A stretch of 62,966 nt of DNA, filler included, from Octopus bimaculoides (taxonomy: Eukaryota): the NCBI RefSeq assembly GCF_001194135.2. It is 8 parts of 7 records of this genome, joined end to end, with 100 filler letters (N's around TTAATTAATTAA, not from the genome) between each part and the next. Parts side by side here need not be neighbours in the genome. Positions count along the whole stretch, not along the records: positions 1 to 22,293 come from NC_068981.1; 7 more parts are not named here. One strand, written 5' to 3'. The notes under the pieces were generated by a model, which was not told the DNA's origin, made no database searches, and worked only from the letters and a program-made list of their open reading frames with translations. Position 1 is the stretch's first letter, and each line of letters opens with the position of its first letter. The position numbers and the translations under genes were made by a program. Of this stretch, positions 1 to 11,993 are shown in pieces.

Positions 1-59
1 CAGAAGTGTGAAAATAAGAAAGATATACAAATATGTACAACAGAGAAAGGGATAGACAG

Positions 60-319
60 TCAGTGAGAGTGAGAGTGAGTGACAGAGAGAGAAAGAGAGA
101 AAGAGAGAGAGAGAAGGAAGGGGGTGGAGGGAGGGAGTGACAGGCAGATAGAAACAAAGGAACACAAGGAGAGAGACAAGGAGAACGAGGAAAGGAGAGA
201 TGCGACAGATAGACATAAACATAGAGAGATGAGGAAAATTAGACAGATACACAAACAAGACAGAAAAAAGACAGAAATTGTGAGATGGAGAGAGAGAGAA
301 AGATAGAGGGAGAGAGAGG

Positions 320-390
<71 letters not shown>
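60..390. repeat. (GA)n-rich and perfect (AG)n microsatellite
   Basis: Purine-rich tract ending in a perfect (AG)n run at ~325-389; explains the SL/ER ORFs. Confidence 0.9.
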
Positions 391-392
<2 letters not shown>

Positions 393-720
393 GGATGAAA
401 GAAATAAAAAAAATTGTGGCAAGAAGTAAGCAAAGCAGCGTTGATCTAAGCTAAGTGTTTTATGTTTGCCAGAGTCGTTTGTAATTTACTTGTGTTAATG
501 GATTCAGGGAAGTAGAGAAATATCGGACTAAATCTACTTAAAGGAAACCGTTGTAATATTCACCAAGACACACCATTATTTAGTGGCTCACTGCCAGATT
601 TACACCTGATTCTAACATTCTATTCCAGTTTACCAACCCCCGACCAACTGCACAGAACCACCATTTAAGATATTAAGATACGACGATCTTTCCTTGTTTG
701 TGTGAGATTCGGTATACTAT

Positions 721-994
721 TTTACTCTTCTACTTGTTTCAGTCATTTGACTGTGGCCATGCTGCAGCACCGCCTTTAGTCGAGCAAATCGAACCCAGGG
801 CTTATTTTTTTAAAGCGTAAGACTTATTCTATCGGTCTCTTTTGTAAAACCGCTAGAATACGGGGGGACGTAAACACACCAGCATTGGTTTTCGAGCAGT
901 GATGGGGGGGACAAACACAAGCAGAAACACACACACACAGACACACACAGAGACACACAGACACACACACACACATACACACACACACGCACAC
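721..994 (-). mobile_element. SINE family A, 3' half plus internal (CA)n
   Basis: tttactcttctacttgtttcagtcatttgactgtggccatgctg...gggacaaacaca is the reverse complement of the 3' half of the full copy at 4712-5118; runs into a gap. Confidence 0.85.
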
Positions 995-1537
995 NNNNNN
1001 NNNNNNNNNNNNNNNNNNNNNNNNNNNNNNNNNNNNNNNNNNNNNNNNNNNNNNNNNNNNNNNNNNNNNNNNNNNNNNNNNNNNNNNNNNNNNNNNNNNN
1101 NNNNNNNNNNNNNNNNNNNNNNNNNNNNNNNNNNNNNNNNNNNNNNNNNNNNNNNNNNNNNNNNNNNNNNNNNNNNNNNNNNNNNNNNNNNNNNNNNNNN
1201 NNNNNNNNNNNNNNNNNNNNNNNNNNNNNNNNNNNNNNNNNNNNNNNNNNNNNNNNNNNNNNNNNNNNNNNNNNNNNNNNNNNNNNNNNNNNNNNNNNNN
1301 NNNNNNNNNNNNNNNNNNNNNNNNNNNNNNNNNNNNNNNNNNNNNNNNNNNNNNNNNNNNNNNNNNNNNNNNNNNNNNNNNNNNNNNNNNNNNNNNNNNN
1401 NNNNNNNNNNNNNNNNNNNNNNNNNNNNNNNNNNNNNNNNNNNNNNNNNNNNNNNNNNNNNNNNNNNNNNNAAAAAAAAAAAAAAAAAAACGAACGAATT
1501 TATCTAGCAACTAATATATACTTTCACAAGAATATAT

Positions 1538-3313
1538 GGACCTTTTCAATCTGAGTCACAGATTTTTAAATTCATTTTTAAAAATTAAACAATTTGAAAC
1601 TTCGGATACTGGGTGAATGTGTCACGTAGAACACGGTTTACTCTTAAAGTTTTTGACAACATTTTGTATTTTAGAAGTTATTTCGAGTTAAAGTTGTCGT
1701 ATTTGGGTAATTTTAGCCAATCAATAACGTGTATTCAGCCGAAGAAAGTTACTGCTGTTTGCGAAAGTAATGGATGAGCAACAACTTCCGAGTCATCGGG
1801 TCATCTGTTTTGAACGTTGCGTACATATATGTACGTAAATACAGAGGCACATGTATACGTATACACACACACATGCAACTTTTAGAAAGCCGAGGAAAGG
1901 AAAGGGAGGTGGGTGTGAGGAATACATAGCTTTAAGGAGGGAAGGGGATTGTGAAGTTGACGACAGTTGTTCATGCAGCGTTTCTGCTATCCATCTCACA
2001 CACACACATTCATATTTAAAGCTGATAAAACCCCGAATGAAAGCAAGGAAAAGGAGAGGGTCTAATAAATTAATATGCAATGGTAGGGGGGTTGGTAAGT
2101 TGATATAAGCTGTCGTTCAGATCGTCAACACACCACCACTCCCTCCACTCTCTCTCTCTCACACTTTCTTTCTTTCTTTCTTTCTCTACGATTTGTCACG
2201 TTAAAAAAAAATCAGGCGCAATCACTGAACGAGTTAACTGAAATCAACGATTAAAACATGTATATTTGTGTGTATGTACATGTATGTATGTATGTATGTA
2301 NNNNNNNNNNNNNNNNNNNNNNNNNNNNNNNNNNNNNNNNNNNNNNNNNNNNNNNNNNNNNNNNNNNNNNNNNNNNNNNNNNNNNNNNNNNNNNNNNNNN
2401 NNNNNNNNNNNNNNNNNNNNNNNNNNNNNNNNNNNNNNNNNNNNNNNNNNNNNNNNNNNNNNNNNNNNNNNNNNNNNNNNNNNNNNNNNNNNNNNNNNNN
2501 NNNNNNNNNNNNNNNNNNNNNNNNNNNNNNNNNNNNNNNNNNNNNNNNNNNNNNNNNNNNNNNNNNNNNNNNNNNNNNNNNNNNNNNNNNNNNNNNNNNN
2601 NNNNNNNNNNNNNNNNNNNNNNNNNNNNNNNNNNNNNNNNNNNNNNNNNNNNNNNNNNNNNNNNNNNNNNNNNNNNNNNNNNNNNNNNNNNNNNNNNNNN
2701 NNNNNNNNNNNNNNNNNNNNNNNNNNNNNNNNNNNNNNNNNNNNNNNNNNNNNNNNNNNNNNNNNNNNNNNNNNNNNNNNNNNNNNNNNNNNNNNNNNNN
2801 NNNNNNNNNNNNNNNNNNNNNNNNNNNNNNNNNNNNNNNNNNNNNNNNNNNNNNNNNNNNNNNNNNNNNNNNNNNNNNNNNNNNNNNNNNNNNNNNNNNN
2901 NNNNNNNNNNNNNNNNNNNNNNNNNNNNNNNNNNNNNNNNNNNNNNNNNNNNNNNNNNNNNNNNNNNNNNNNNNNNNNNNNNNNNNNNNNNNNNNNNNNN
3001 NNNNNNNNNNNNNNNNNNNNNNNNNNNNNNNNNNNNNNNNNNNNNNNNNNNCGATGACTCGGAAGTTGTTGCTCTTCCATTACTTTCGCAAACAGCAGTA
3101 ACTTTCTTCGGCTGAATACACGTCATTGATTGGTTAAAATTACCCAAATACGACAACTTTAACACAAAATAACTTCTAAAATACAAACTTTTGTCAAAAA
3201 CTTTAAGAGTTAACCGTGTTCTACGTGACACATTCAACCAGTATCCGAAGTTTCAAACTGTTTAGTTAAAAAAAATGAATTTAAAAAATCTGTGTCTGAG
3301 ATTGAAAAGATCC
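1538..3313. mobile_element. Pair of ~260 bp inverted repeats (MITE or foldback-like element, or two opposed copies)
   Basis: 1538-1798 is the reverse complement of 3052-3313 (gttactgctgtttgcgaaagtaatgg / ccattactttcgcaaacagcagtaac); interior is microsatellites plus a gap. Confidence 0.7.
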
Positions 3314-3337
3314 GAATATATCGTAAATTGTCTAAAC

Positions 3338-3740
3338 CAGAGGATCTCAACGTAGGCGGTACTGCTCGCAAGTGGTTACTGGACATATCAAAGACTTGAG
3401 CTAATATAATTAACGTATTAAATTTTACGTAGTAGTAATTATATTATACATTATAAAACTAGTAATGGTCTTTAAAATAAAATGAGATCTCATTAAGCAC
3501 AAGGAAAATCATTAACTTGCAATGTATAACGTGAATTTACAATTTTTGTCTTTATCAATTTTTTATTATTTCATTGTTAAAAGCTCATGCAATTCATTTT
3601 TAGAGTAAAATCTATAAATTATCGTCCAGGATAAGTTAGCTTAGTCGTGATACCTCACTCGCCACTTAAGTGGGCGCTAAGCAGAACAACTACTTAAAAG
3701 GATGGGGTTGGGGGTCACGAAAAATGGTGAAAAACCACTG
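3338..3740. mobile_element. Non-autonomous hAT (Charlie-like) MITE
   Basis: Imperfect TIRs cagaggatctcaac / gtgaaaaaccactg; 8-bp TSD gtctaaac (3330-3337) / gtctaaag (3741-3748). Confidence 0.7.
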
Positions 3741-4004
3741 GTCTAAAGGAAGCATTTATCCTCTGAGTATGTCTCCAACTAACTAATAATTTATTGTTGC
3801 GTTGAACAAAATGTGAGTAAAATAAATAAAGGGAATGAATAAATTTCGAATATATCCTTAACAAGGGACATCTAGTGACTTGTGCAACTAGACGCATTCG
3901 TGCGCACACATACACAAATATCTACACGTTCACACACTCACACAAACACATACACACACACAATCGAATAAATCTGTTTATCTCGTTATAGACTAAATTA
4001 TTAA

Positions 4005-4626
4005 ATGTCCGTATACATTGATGGTCACAATGCGCTTCCAGTCTTTCTATGATTGCACCTTTATCTTCCATCCGGGCACGGATTGTTTGAATATGTTGTC
4101 TTCCCAATCATCTTGGAGGTCTTCCGATCTCTTGGATAGCACCTAACGACTTCATGGCTCTATCTATCGTTTGTGAACCTTGCAACGTATCTTACCCCAG
4201 CCTAACTAATGATTCTGGTATTTCGCCATCACATCGTTCACTCAACCATGTTCTCGAATTATTTCGTTTCGGAAGTAATCCTGCAGCGACAGTCCAAGCG
4301 TGAATGTTTCCATGACTCTTTGTGTCTTAGCTAATTGCTGTTCTTCCTTCTTTGTAGTAGCGCATATAAGAGAGCAGAAAGAAGTGATATTATTGAAGAA
4401 ACTACCACACAAGGTCATGTCCAGCTGTGCTTTGAGCACATTTTAATCTAGAACAAATGCTGCTCGTACTCCACCCGAGATCTTAAGTTTCATATTTAGT
4501 CATATATTCAATGTCTGTAACAAGTAGACGCACTACTTGACCTCAGTTTCCTCATTTCCCACCATTGTTAGGTTTTGTGCACATATTTTGTTCTTAAATG
4601 GTTGATTCTGAGGCCAATTGCTGAAA
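4005..4626 (-). pseudogene. RTE-clade LINE, decayed RT C-terminal fragment
   Basis: Minus-strand translation across stops and frameshifts: IGLRINHLRTKY, CVYLLQTLN, TTKKEEQQLAKTQRVMETFTLGLSLQDYFRNEIIR, YVARFTNDR, GRPPR/WEDNI, KDWKR; motifs typical of RTE RT C-termini. Confidence 0.75.
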
Positions 4627-4711
4627 TCTGGGTGTCCTTAAGACGTTGCCCCACACCTGCACACTCATTTATAAACATATACAAGCACACACACTCATAT
4701 ATTTATACATA

Positions 4712-5118
4712 GGCGCAGGAGTGGCTGTGTGGTAAGTAGCTTGCTTACCAACCACATGGTTCCGGGTTCAGTCCCACTGTGTAGCACCTTGGGCAAGTGT
4801 CTTCTACTATAGCCTCGGGCCGACCAAAGCCTTGTGAGTGGATTTGGTAGACGGAAACTGAAAGAAACCCGTCGTATATATGCATATATATGTATATATA
4901 TATGTTTGTGTGCCTGGGTTTGTCCCCCCACCATCGCTTGACAACCGATGCTGGTGTGTTTACGTCCCCGTAACTTAGCGGTTCGGCAAAAAGAGACCGA
5001 TAGAATAAGTACTAGGCTTCCAAAGAATAAGTCCTGGGGTCGATTTGATTCGACTAAAGGCGGTGCTCCAGCATGGCCACAGTCAAATGGTTGAAACAAG
5101 TAAAAGAGTAAAAGAGTA
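4712..5118 (+). mobile_element. SINE family A, full length (tRNA-derived head)
   Basis: A-box-like tggctgtgtggtaag, B-box-like ggttcagtccc, internal (TA)/(TG) tract, tail gaaacaagtaaaagagtaaaagagta; >10 related copies in the window. May be a described octopus SINE (unverified). Confidence 0.9.
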
Positions 5119-5284
5119 TATATTCATATATGAATTGAGTATTTGTATGTATGAGTGAACATGTGAGTGTGCATATGTATACAGAGAGAAAAAAAAAGAG
5201 AGAGAGAGATAGAGGTACAGAGAACGACAAACATACACATACTTGTGTCTGTGAATGCTTATATATATTCTTTTATTCCTTTAT

Positions 5285-5562
5285 TCTTTTATTTGTTTCA
5301 GTCATTTGACTGCAGTCATGCTGGAGCACCGTCTTAAAGGGTTTTAGTGGAAGAAATCGACTCCAGGACTTATTCTTTGTAAGTCTAGTACTTATTCTAT
5401 AGGTCTCTTTTGCTAAACCGATAAGCTACCGGGACATAAACACATCAACATCGGTTGTCAAGCAATAGTGGCGGGGACAAACACAGACACAAAGACACAC
5501 ACACACACGCACACAAATATATATATATACGATGGGTTTTTTTCAGTTTCCATCTACCAAAT
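5285..5562 (-). mobile_element. SINE family A, partial
   Basis: Reverse complement of 4850-5110; truncated by a gap. Confidence 0.85.
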
Positions 5563-5960
5563 NNNNNNNNNNNNNNNNNNNNNNNNNNNNNNNNNNNNNN
5601 NNNNNNNNNNNNNNNNNNNNNNNNNNNNNNNNNNNNNNNNNNNNNNNNNNNNNNNNNNNNNNNNNNNNNNNNNNNNNNNNNNNNNNNNNNNNNNNNNNNN
5701 NNNNNNNNNNNNNNNNNNNNNNNNNNNNNNNNNNNNNNNNNNNNNNNNNNNNNNNNNNNNNNNNNNNNNNNNNNNNNNNNNNNNNNNNNNNNNNNNNNNN
5801 NNNNNNNNNNNNNNNNNNNNNNNNNNNNNNNNNNNNNNNNNNNNNNNNNNNNNNNNNNNNNNNNNNNNNNNNNNNNNNNNNNNNNNNNNNNNNNNNNNNN
5901 NNNNNNNNNNNNNNNNNNNNNNNNNNNNNNNNNNNNNNNNNNNNNNNNNNNNNNNNNNNN

Positions 5961-5993
<33 letters not shown>

Positions 5994-6059
5994 GTGCTTT
6001 TTGTTTGTCTTTGCTTTCTACAATCCCACATTTGTGAATATCCGATATCTTTACAAAAG

Positions 6060-6064
6060 GATTA

Positions 6065-6113
<49 letters not shown>

Positions 6114-6128
6114 TACTACTACTACTAC
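6060..6128. repeat. Compound (ATT)n(ACT)n microsatellite
   Basis: Direct reading. Confidence 0.9.
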
Positions 6129-6440
6129 AATCATAGAATACACAACCATACACATATATACAACATGCTCATACATTACAAACATTAACTCATGCACAAA
6201 AGATTGTTTAGTTTATTTATACATATATATTCCACATTATTCCATAATATTTTCCCCTTTATTCTATGTATTCCATGTCCCTACCCAGATTATATTTTTA
6301 TTTTTCGCTGTCAAACGACTGAAATGGCAATTTAGGAAACCATTTCAATACGTTATTGGAATACATTTCGACACGTGATTATTTATCACAACACAGATAC
6401 CAGTATGAATACACTCCTATGTACGTAGATATAGTACACA

Positions 6441-6487
<47 letters not shown>

Positions 6488-7358
6488 GAGCACATACACA
6501 CGCGCAAGCATACACACACGCGCAAGCATACACACACACACACGCACACATTAACACGCACACAAAAACAGGTACCCGCATGGTAGATGCATACACACAA
6601 ACGCACTTGCAGAAACAGGTACGGAAATATATACATGAATACATACCTATAGACTCATTCAGATACACATACACATAAAGTCGCTTACAGAATGGNNNNN
6701 NNNNNNNNNNNNNNNNNNNNNNNNNNNNNNNNNNNNNNNNNNNNNNNNNNNNNNNNNNNNNNNNNNNNNNNNNNNNNNNNNNNNNNNNNNNNNNNNNNNN
6801 NNNNNNNNNNNNNNNNNNNNNNNNNNNNNNNNNNNNNNNNNNNNNNNNNNNNNNNNNNNNNNNNNNNNNNNNNNNNNNNNNNNNNNNNNNNNNNNNNNNN
6901 NNNNNNNNNNNNNNNNNNNNNNNNNNNNNNNNNNNNNNNNNNNNNNNNNNNNNNNNNNNNNNNNNNNNNNNNNNNNNNNNNNNNNNNNNNNNNNNNNNNN
7001 NNNNNNNNNNNNNNNNNNNNNNNNNNNNNNNNNNNNNNNNNNNNNNNNNNNNNNNNNNNNNNNNNNNNNNNNNNNNNNNNNNNNNNNNNNNNNNNNNNNN
7101 NNNNNNNNNNNNNNNNNNNNNNNNNNNNNNNNNNNNNNNNNNNNNACTAATATCTGTGTGTCGCGGTTGCAAATGTATAATGGACATGACATATTCATCT
7201 GCAGAAATTCAGACACATCTGTTTGTAAACAAAATGTAGATATGAATATGTAGAAGATAAATGCATAAAATATCAGCCAGAGGGAAAGTGTTATGTAATA
7301 AGGGAAACCGAAACCAATGGAAGCACATTATGTGTATGCAAATATGTACATACATACG

Positions 7359-7400
<42 letters not shown>

Positions 7401-7686
7401 AAAAAACGCACACATATACGTATACATATATATATATATACACATATACATACAATTTTCAAATATACATATATATTCATTTATGTGTGAACATGCATAT
7501 ACATACATATATATATGTGTGTATATGTGTGTGTGTGTGTGAGTGTGTGTGTGTGTGTACATGTATATACATATGTGTGTATGTGTATGTATGGACATAA
7601 AACACCTTATCTAAGATAAATAACAAGACCACAGAGAAAAAAAATTTAATAGAGCAAACAATAAAACTGAAGATAACCAAAAATAA

Positions 7687-7736
<50 letters not shown>

Positions 7737-7924
7737 AGGAATGAGCGACTCTCACCCTACCCCTGTACATACCAACTGTGCGCTACAATCGCTGTTCAAG
7801 GCATCGGGGAGAAAAAATACAAAGCAAACAATATGCATCTAGTAAATATTTACTCTTTATATAACGTGTATTTTCTCACTTATTCATAGTTTGCATTGTT
7901 ATTGTTGTTGCTATTATTACTACT

Positions 7925-8431
7925 GAGTGAGAGAGCATTGCATGCCATCAAAGTGACACAGGGGTAAAATATACGAAGCCCAGTATACCCATCATGGCTA
8001 ATCGTCTGATAAGAGTACACCAGGCCCATGCATCACACCCATATGTGCCCATCATGGTGATCTCATATCAAGATAAAACAGCGCATGACCTTGAAGGTGT
8101 GGCCCTGTTAGAAGTTTCTTCAGGTCGAGTAGCCCATCCTACTCAAAAGGTCCCTGAAATGGTTGTTTAAGGATGATTAACAAAACACCCATATTCCCAG
8201 AAGTGAATTGTTCAAACCTTAAAAAATTACATGGTTATGATAGTCCCCCACTACTTCTGCTCATGATCAGAGATGCACATATGATCAGCCACTGAGGGAC
8301 ATGCTCAACTGATTAAGGTCAAACAAGTGACAAGCAAATCTGTGGTATTGAGTAGAATATTTGTTATAGCTCATCTTTTACACCAAAACAAAACATGTAC
8401 ATAACACTTCCAATGAGTTAAGATCAGAAGC
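7925..8431. mobile_element. Unclassified interspersed repeat family E
   Basis: gagtgagagagcattgcatgccatcaaagtgacac...gttaagatcagaagc; homologous to 8450-8985, 19900-20085, 33578-33841, 34826-35095. Confidence 0.8.
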
Positions 8432-8449
8432 ATTATTATTACTATTATT

Positions 8450-8985
8450 GAGTGAGAGAGCAGTGCACGCCATGAAAGTGACACTGGGGTAAAATATACG
8501 AAGGCCAGTATACCCATCATGACTACTCGTATCATAAAAGTACATCAGGCACATGCATCACAACCATATGTGTTTGACATGGTGATCTCATATCAAGATA
8601 AACAGCGCATGTTGTTATTAATACTACTGAGTGAGAGAGCATTGCATGCCGTCAAAGTGACACTGGGGTACTTTGCAGGTGGGAGCCAGTTAGAATTTTC
8701 TTCTGGTTAAGTAGCCCATCCTACTCAAAAGGTCCCTGAATAAAGGTTGTTTAAGGATGATGAACAGAACACCGATGTTTCCAAGGTGAATCATCCAAAC
8801 TCCAAAGAATTCCTTTCAACACATGGCTATGATGCTCGCTCACTACTTCTGCTCGTGATCAGAGATACACAAATCGTGGGCCACTAAGGGTTGGTTAAGG
8901 TCAACCAACTGACAAGCAAACCTGTGGTATTGAGCAGAATATTTGCTGTAGCCCATCTTTTATACCAAGATAAAACAATGTATAT
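8450..8985. mobile_element. Family E, second tandem copy with an internal re-duplicated head (~8612-8668)
   Basis: Colinear with 7925-8431; head gagtgagagagcattgcatgcc recurs at 8629. Confidence 0.8.
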
Positions 8986-9096
8986 GGTACTGCATCAGGG
9001 CATTTATTATCATTATTATTATTATTATTATTNNNNNNNNNNGGTACTGCATCAGGGCATTTATTATCATTATTATTATTATTATTATTATTATTT

Positions 9097-9156
<60 letters not shown>

Positions 9157-9360
9157 TAGCCGTCAACCTGACAATTTACGCTTGACCTCGCTCTATGAAT
9201 TTTATAAGGAAAAAAAAAACACATAATAGTGTATTTGCACCCTTCAAGTTTATACCATGGTGGACAACAAATTATTTGCTGTCGAGTGGTGAGTGTATTT
9301 TCCTGTTTTGTCTCCCAGTTTTGTTTTTCAATCACAGTTGTTTGCGTTTTCTCCACCAAC

Positions 9361-11050
9361 ATGGAGAAAACACGAAACACGGTGACGCTCATATGTGAGA
9401 GAGGGGGAGAGAATGAGGAGCGTCACCAAACGTCAATGAGAGTGTGTGTACGTGCGAAACGACTTGGGGCTGAAGAAACAACAGACGATAGTAGTATTTT
9501 TCTCGAAAAAAAGAGGACAAAAAGGCCAACAGAGCCAATTTTTTCAAGAAGAGTCTCTTGGAAGATCTTCGGATAAGCAAAGGCTCCATTTTTGACAACG
9601 TTGTTCGAAACAAAAACAGCGATTTCGAAAATGTAAACAATGAGAGCCCTTTCGTCAGCGAATCAACGGACGAATTGAGTACAAGTAACAACAATAGTAA
9701 CAACAACATCAGTACCACCGTCAACAACCACAACAACAAAAATAACAAAGGTGGCGACGGCAATAACAACAGCAGCAGCAACAGCAACAAAAGCAACAAC
9801 AACAACGGAAGCAACAAAAGCAACAGCAATAATAACAAAAACAATGAAGGAGCTGAAACACAAACCGGTGCAATGGCTTGAATTAGCTTTTCTAAACTTT
9901 CTGTCGCTGAAGCAACCAAGTCATCTCTTTAGAATATAATTCTCTGAAGGGGAACTTAAAAATGCTAGACAGCTAGTCGAGAGAGACAGAATAGTTAAGT
10001 TAAATACCCCACCTGAGACAATCCAGGATGCGATACATCGCACAATGACGTAGCGTACAATCGGTTTAAAATCAAGGAGGGTGGAAAGAGTCACAGAGAC
10101 TCAAATACAAAAAGCTTTAGGTTCTGTCTGGAACCTAAAGGAGTATATACAGAGAGGAAGGGCATGTGGAATGGTGGACGTTCGATTCCGCACCGAGGAA
10201 GAAGCCAAACATCATTCTCTGAATCCCCTCAAAAGCGAGGAATTGTTGTTAGTTCCCTTCTACTGCAGTCAGAGACTGGCCAAAATCATAATTCAACAGG
10301 TGCCACCAGAAATAGCCATTCCTTGGCTAATTGCTGCGGTGACGATAGACATCGAGGAAAACTCAGAAATCCTCGAAGCCTATCAGACCAAAAAGGAGAA
10401 CTGGCCCGAGATGACCATAGAACTCCTCAACTCCTCATACAAATGACACAAAAGAATGTAGATCTCATCCCGGACCAGATTCTTTTTCCTGCTGGTTGCA
10501 TAATTCCAGTCAGGGCAGATGGAAGGAAAGCAAAGTGTCACGTTTGCTTTTCAACTAATCATTTAAAAGTCTCCTCTCCTATACAGAAGGAAAAAGAGAG
10601 ATGGGCACCTCTCCTCCCTACACCAACAACGGTCACCAGAACTCCAGTGACAACAATAGCAGCACTATCCCTATCAGTAGATTCAGCCGTGGCACCACCA
10701 ACACCAACAGCCATACCAACACCGGGTTTTCCCAAACGTTTCTCAGCTCCTGAAGATGTTTCACATTCCGATGCAGAGCAGGTGGACATCACAGGTGGAG
10801 AGTCGGACCGCGATGAGGAGTGGAAGATAAAAAAAAAAAAAGACGAAAAGAGACAGAAAGGAAAACAAGCATATGAACAAACAACAAAAATCCTCATCTA
10901 CAGAAGATGCAGAAAGAAAAAAAATCAAAACAACAAAAGCAAATGCACTCAAAACAAACACTGCATCGACACTACCACCTCTAACACAAGCTATCCCACA
11001 CACGCAACCACAATAACAACAATCATCACAGCCACCAGGATGTATATTAG
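9361..11050 (+). pseudogene. Decayed LINE ORF1-like gene (L1/Tx1-type: RRM-like region plus zinc knuckle)
   Basis: Broken frames: GMVDVRFRTEEEAK...PFYCSQRLAKIIIQQVPPEI (RRM-like); GRKAKCHVCFSTNHLKVSSP = C-x2-C-x4-H-x4-(S, tct from tgt) at ~10536-10580; then Pro/Thr-rich and basic tail; stops, frameshifts and an (AAC)n expansion. Confidence 0.55.
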
Positions 11051-11117
11051 AAAACATGTATTCAGTCCGACCTACTCCGATTTTCTTGCTTCAATCGAAT
11101 TTCCCACATATAGTCTA

Positions 11118-11470
11118 TTCCGGGTTTAGTCCCTCTGCACGGTACCTTAGGCAAGTGTATTCTGCTATAGCCTCGGGTCAACCAAAGCCTTGTGAGTGGA
11201 TTTTTTGGACAGAAACTGAAAGAAGCCTGTTGTATATATATATCTATATATATTTATGTGCGTGTGACGTGTCTGTCTTTGTCCCTCCATCATCACTTGA
11301 CAACCGATGCTGGTGTGTTTACGTTCCGGTAAAAAGCGACCGATAGAATAAGCACCAGGCTTACAAAGAATAAGTCCAGGGGTCGATTTCTTCGACTAAA
11401 ATGAGCCTTTATGACTATGCTCCAACTTGGTCACTGACAAATGACTGAAACAAGTGAAACAATAAAAGAA
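11118..11470 (+). mobile_element. SINE family A, 5'-truncated
   Basis: Colinear with 4760-5110. Confidence 0.85.
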
Positions 11471-11959
11471 TAATACACATAGACAAATACACACATAAGG
11501 ATATTGACCTTACAATCGTTAAGTCGTGATTTCAATGCGCCAATCGGGCGGCTTATTGTCTTTGAGCAGGGCACTACATTTCACGTTACTCTACTCCGCT
11601 GAGCTGAAAACGCATAGCAGCAGCAGCAATGGCGGAGACGGCGTTGGCGACGACGTTGGCGACGGCGGCGGAGGTGGCGCTGACGGCGGTGGCATTGGCG
11701 GCGGCGGCCGGACGTTTAACTCGATGCACGACTGGTTTGTCGTTCGGTTGGGTTCCGTATCTTCTCATGGCTTTGGCACTTCGGAAAACGGGCTAAGTTC
11801 CAACCTAATAAGTCTATAAACCGTAGAATTTAAGGTTTACACGCATGCATGCGTGCACACAGACACATACACACATAAACAAACACACATATATTTACAC
11901 ACACACACACATAGATAAATAAATAGATATGTATATGTATATATGCAGAGGGAGAGAGG

Positions 11960-11993
<34 letters not shown>

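Noticed and set aside
8988-9085. Apparent direct repeat ggtactgcatcagggcatttattatcatt around a 10-N gap (similar case at 33588-33680)
   Set aside because: Unmerged contig overlap or haplotype duplication at a minimal gap
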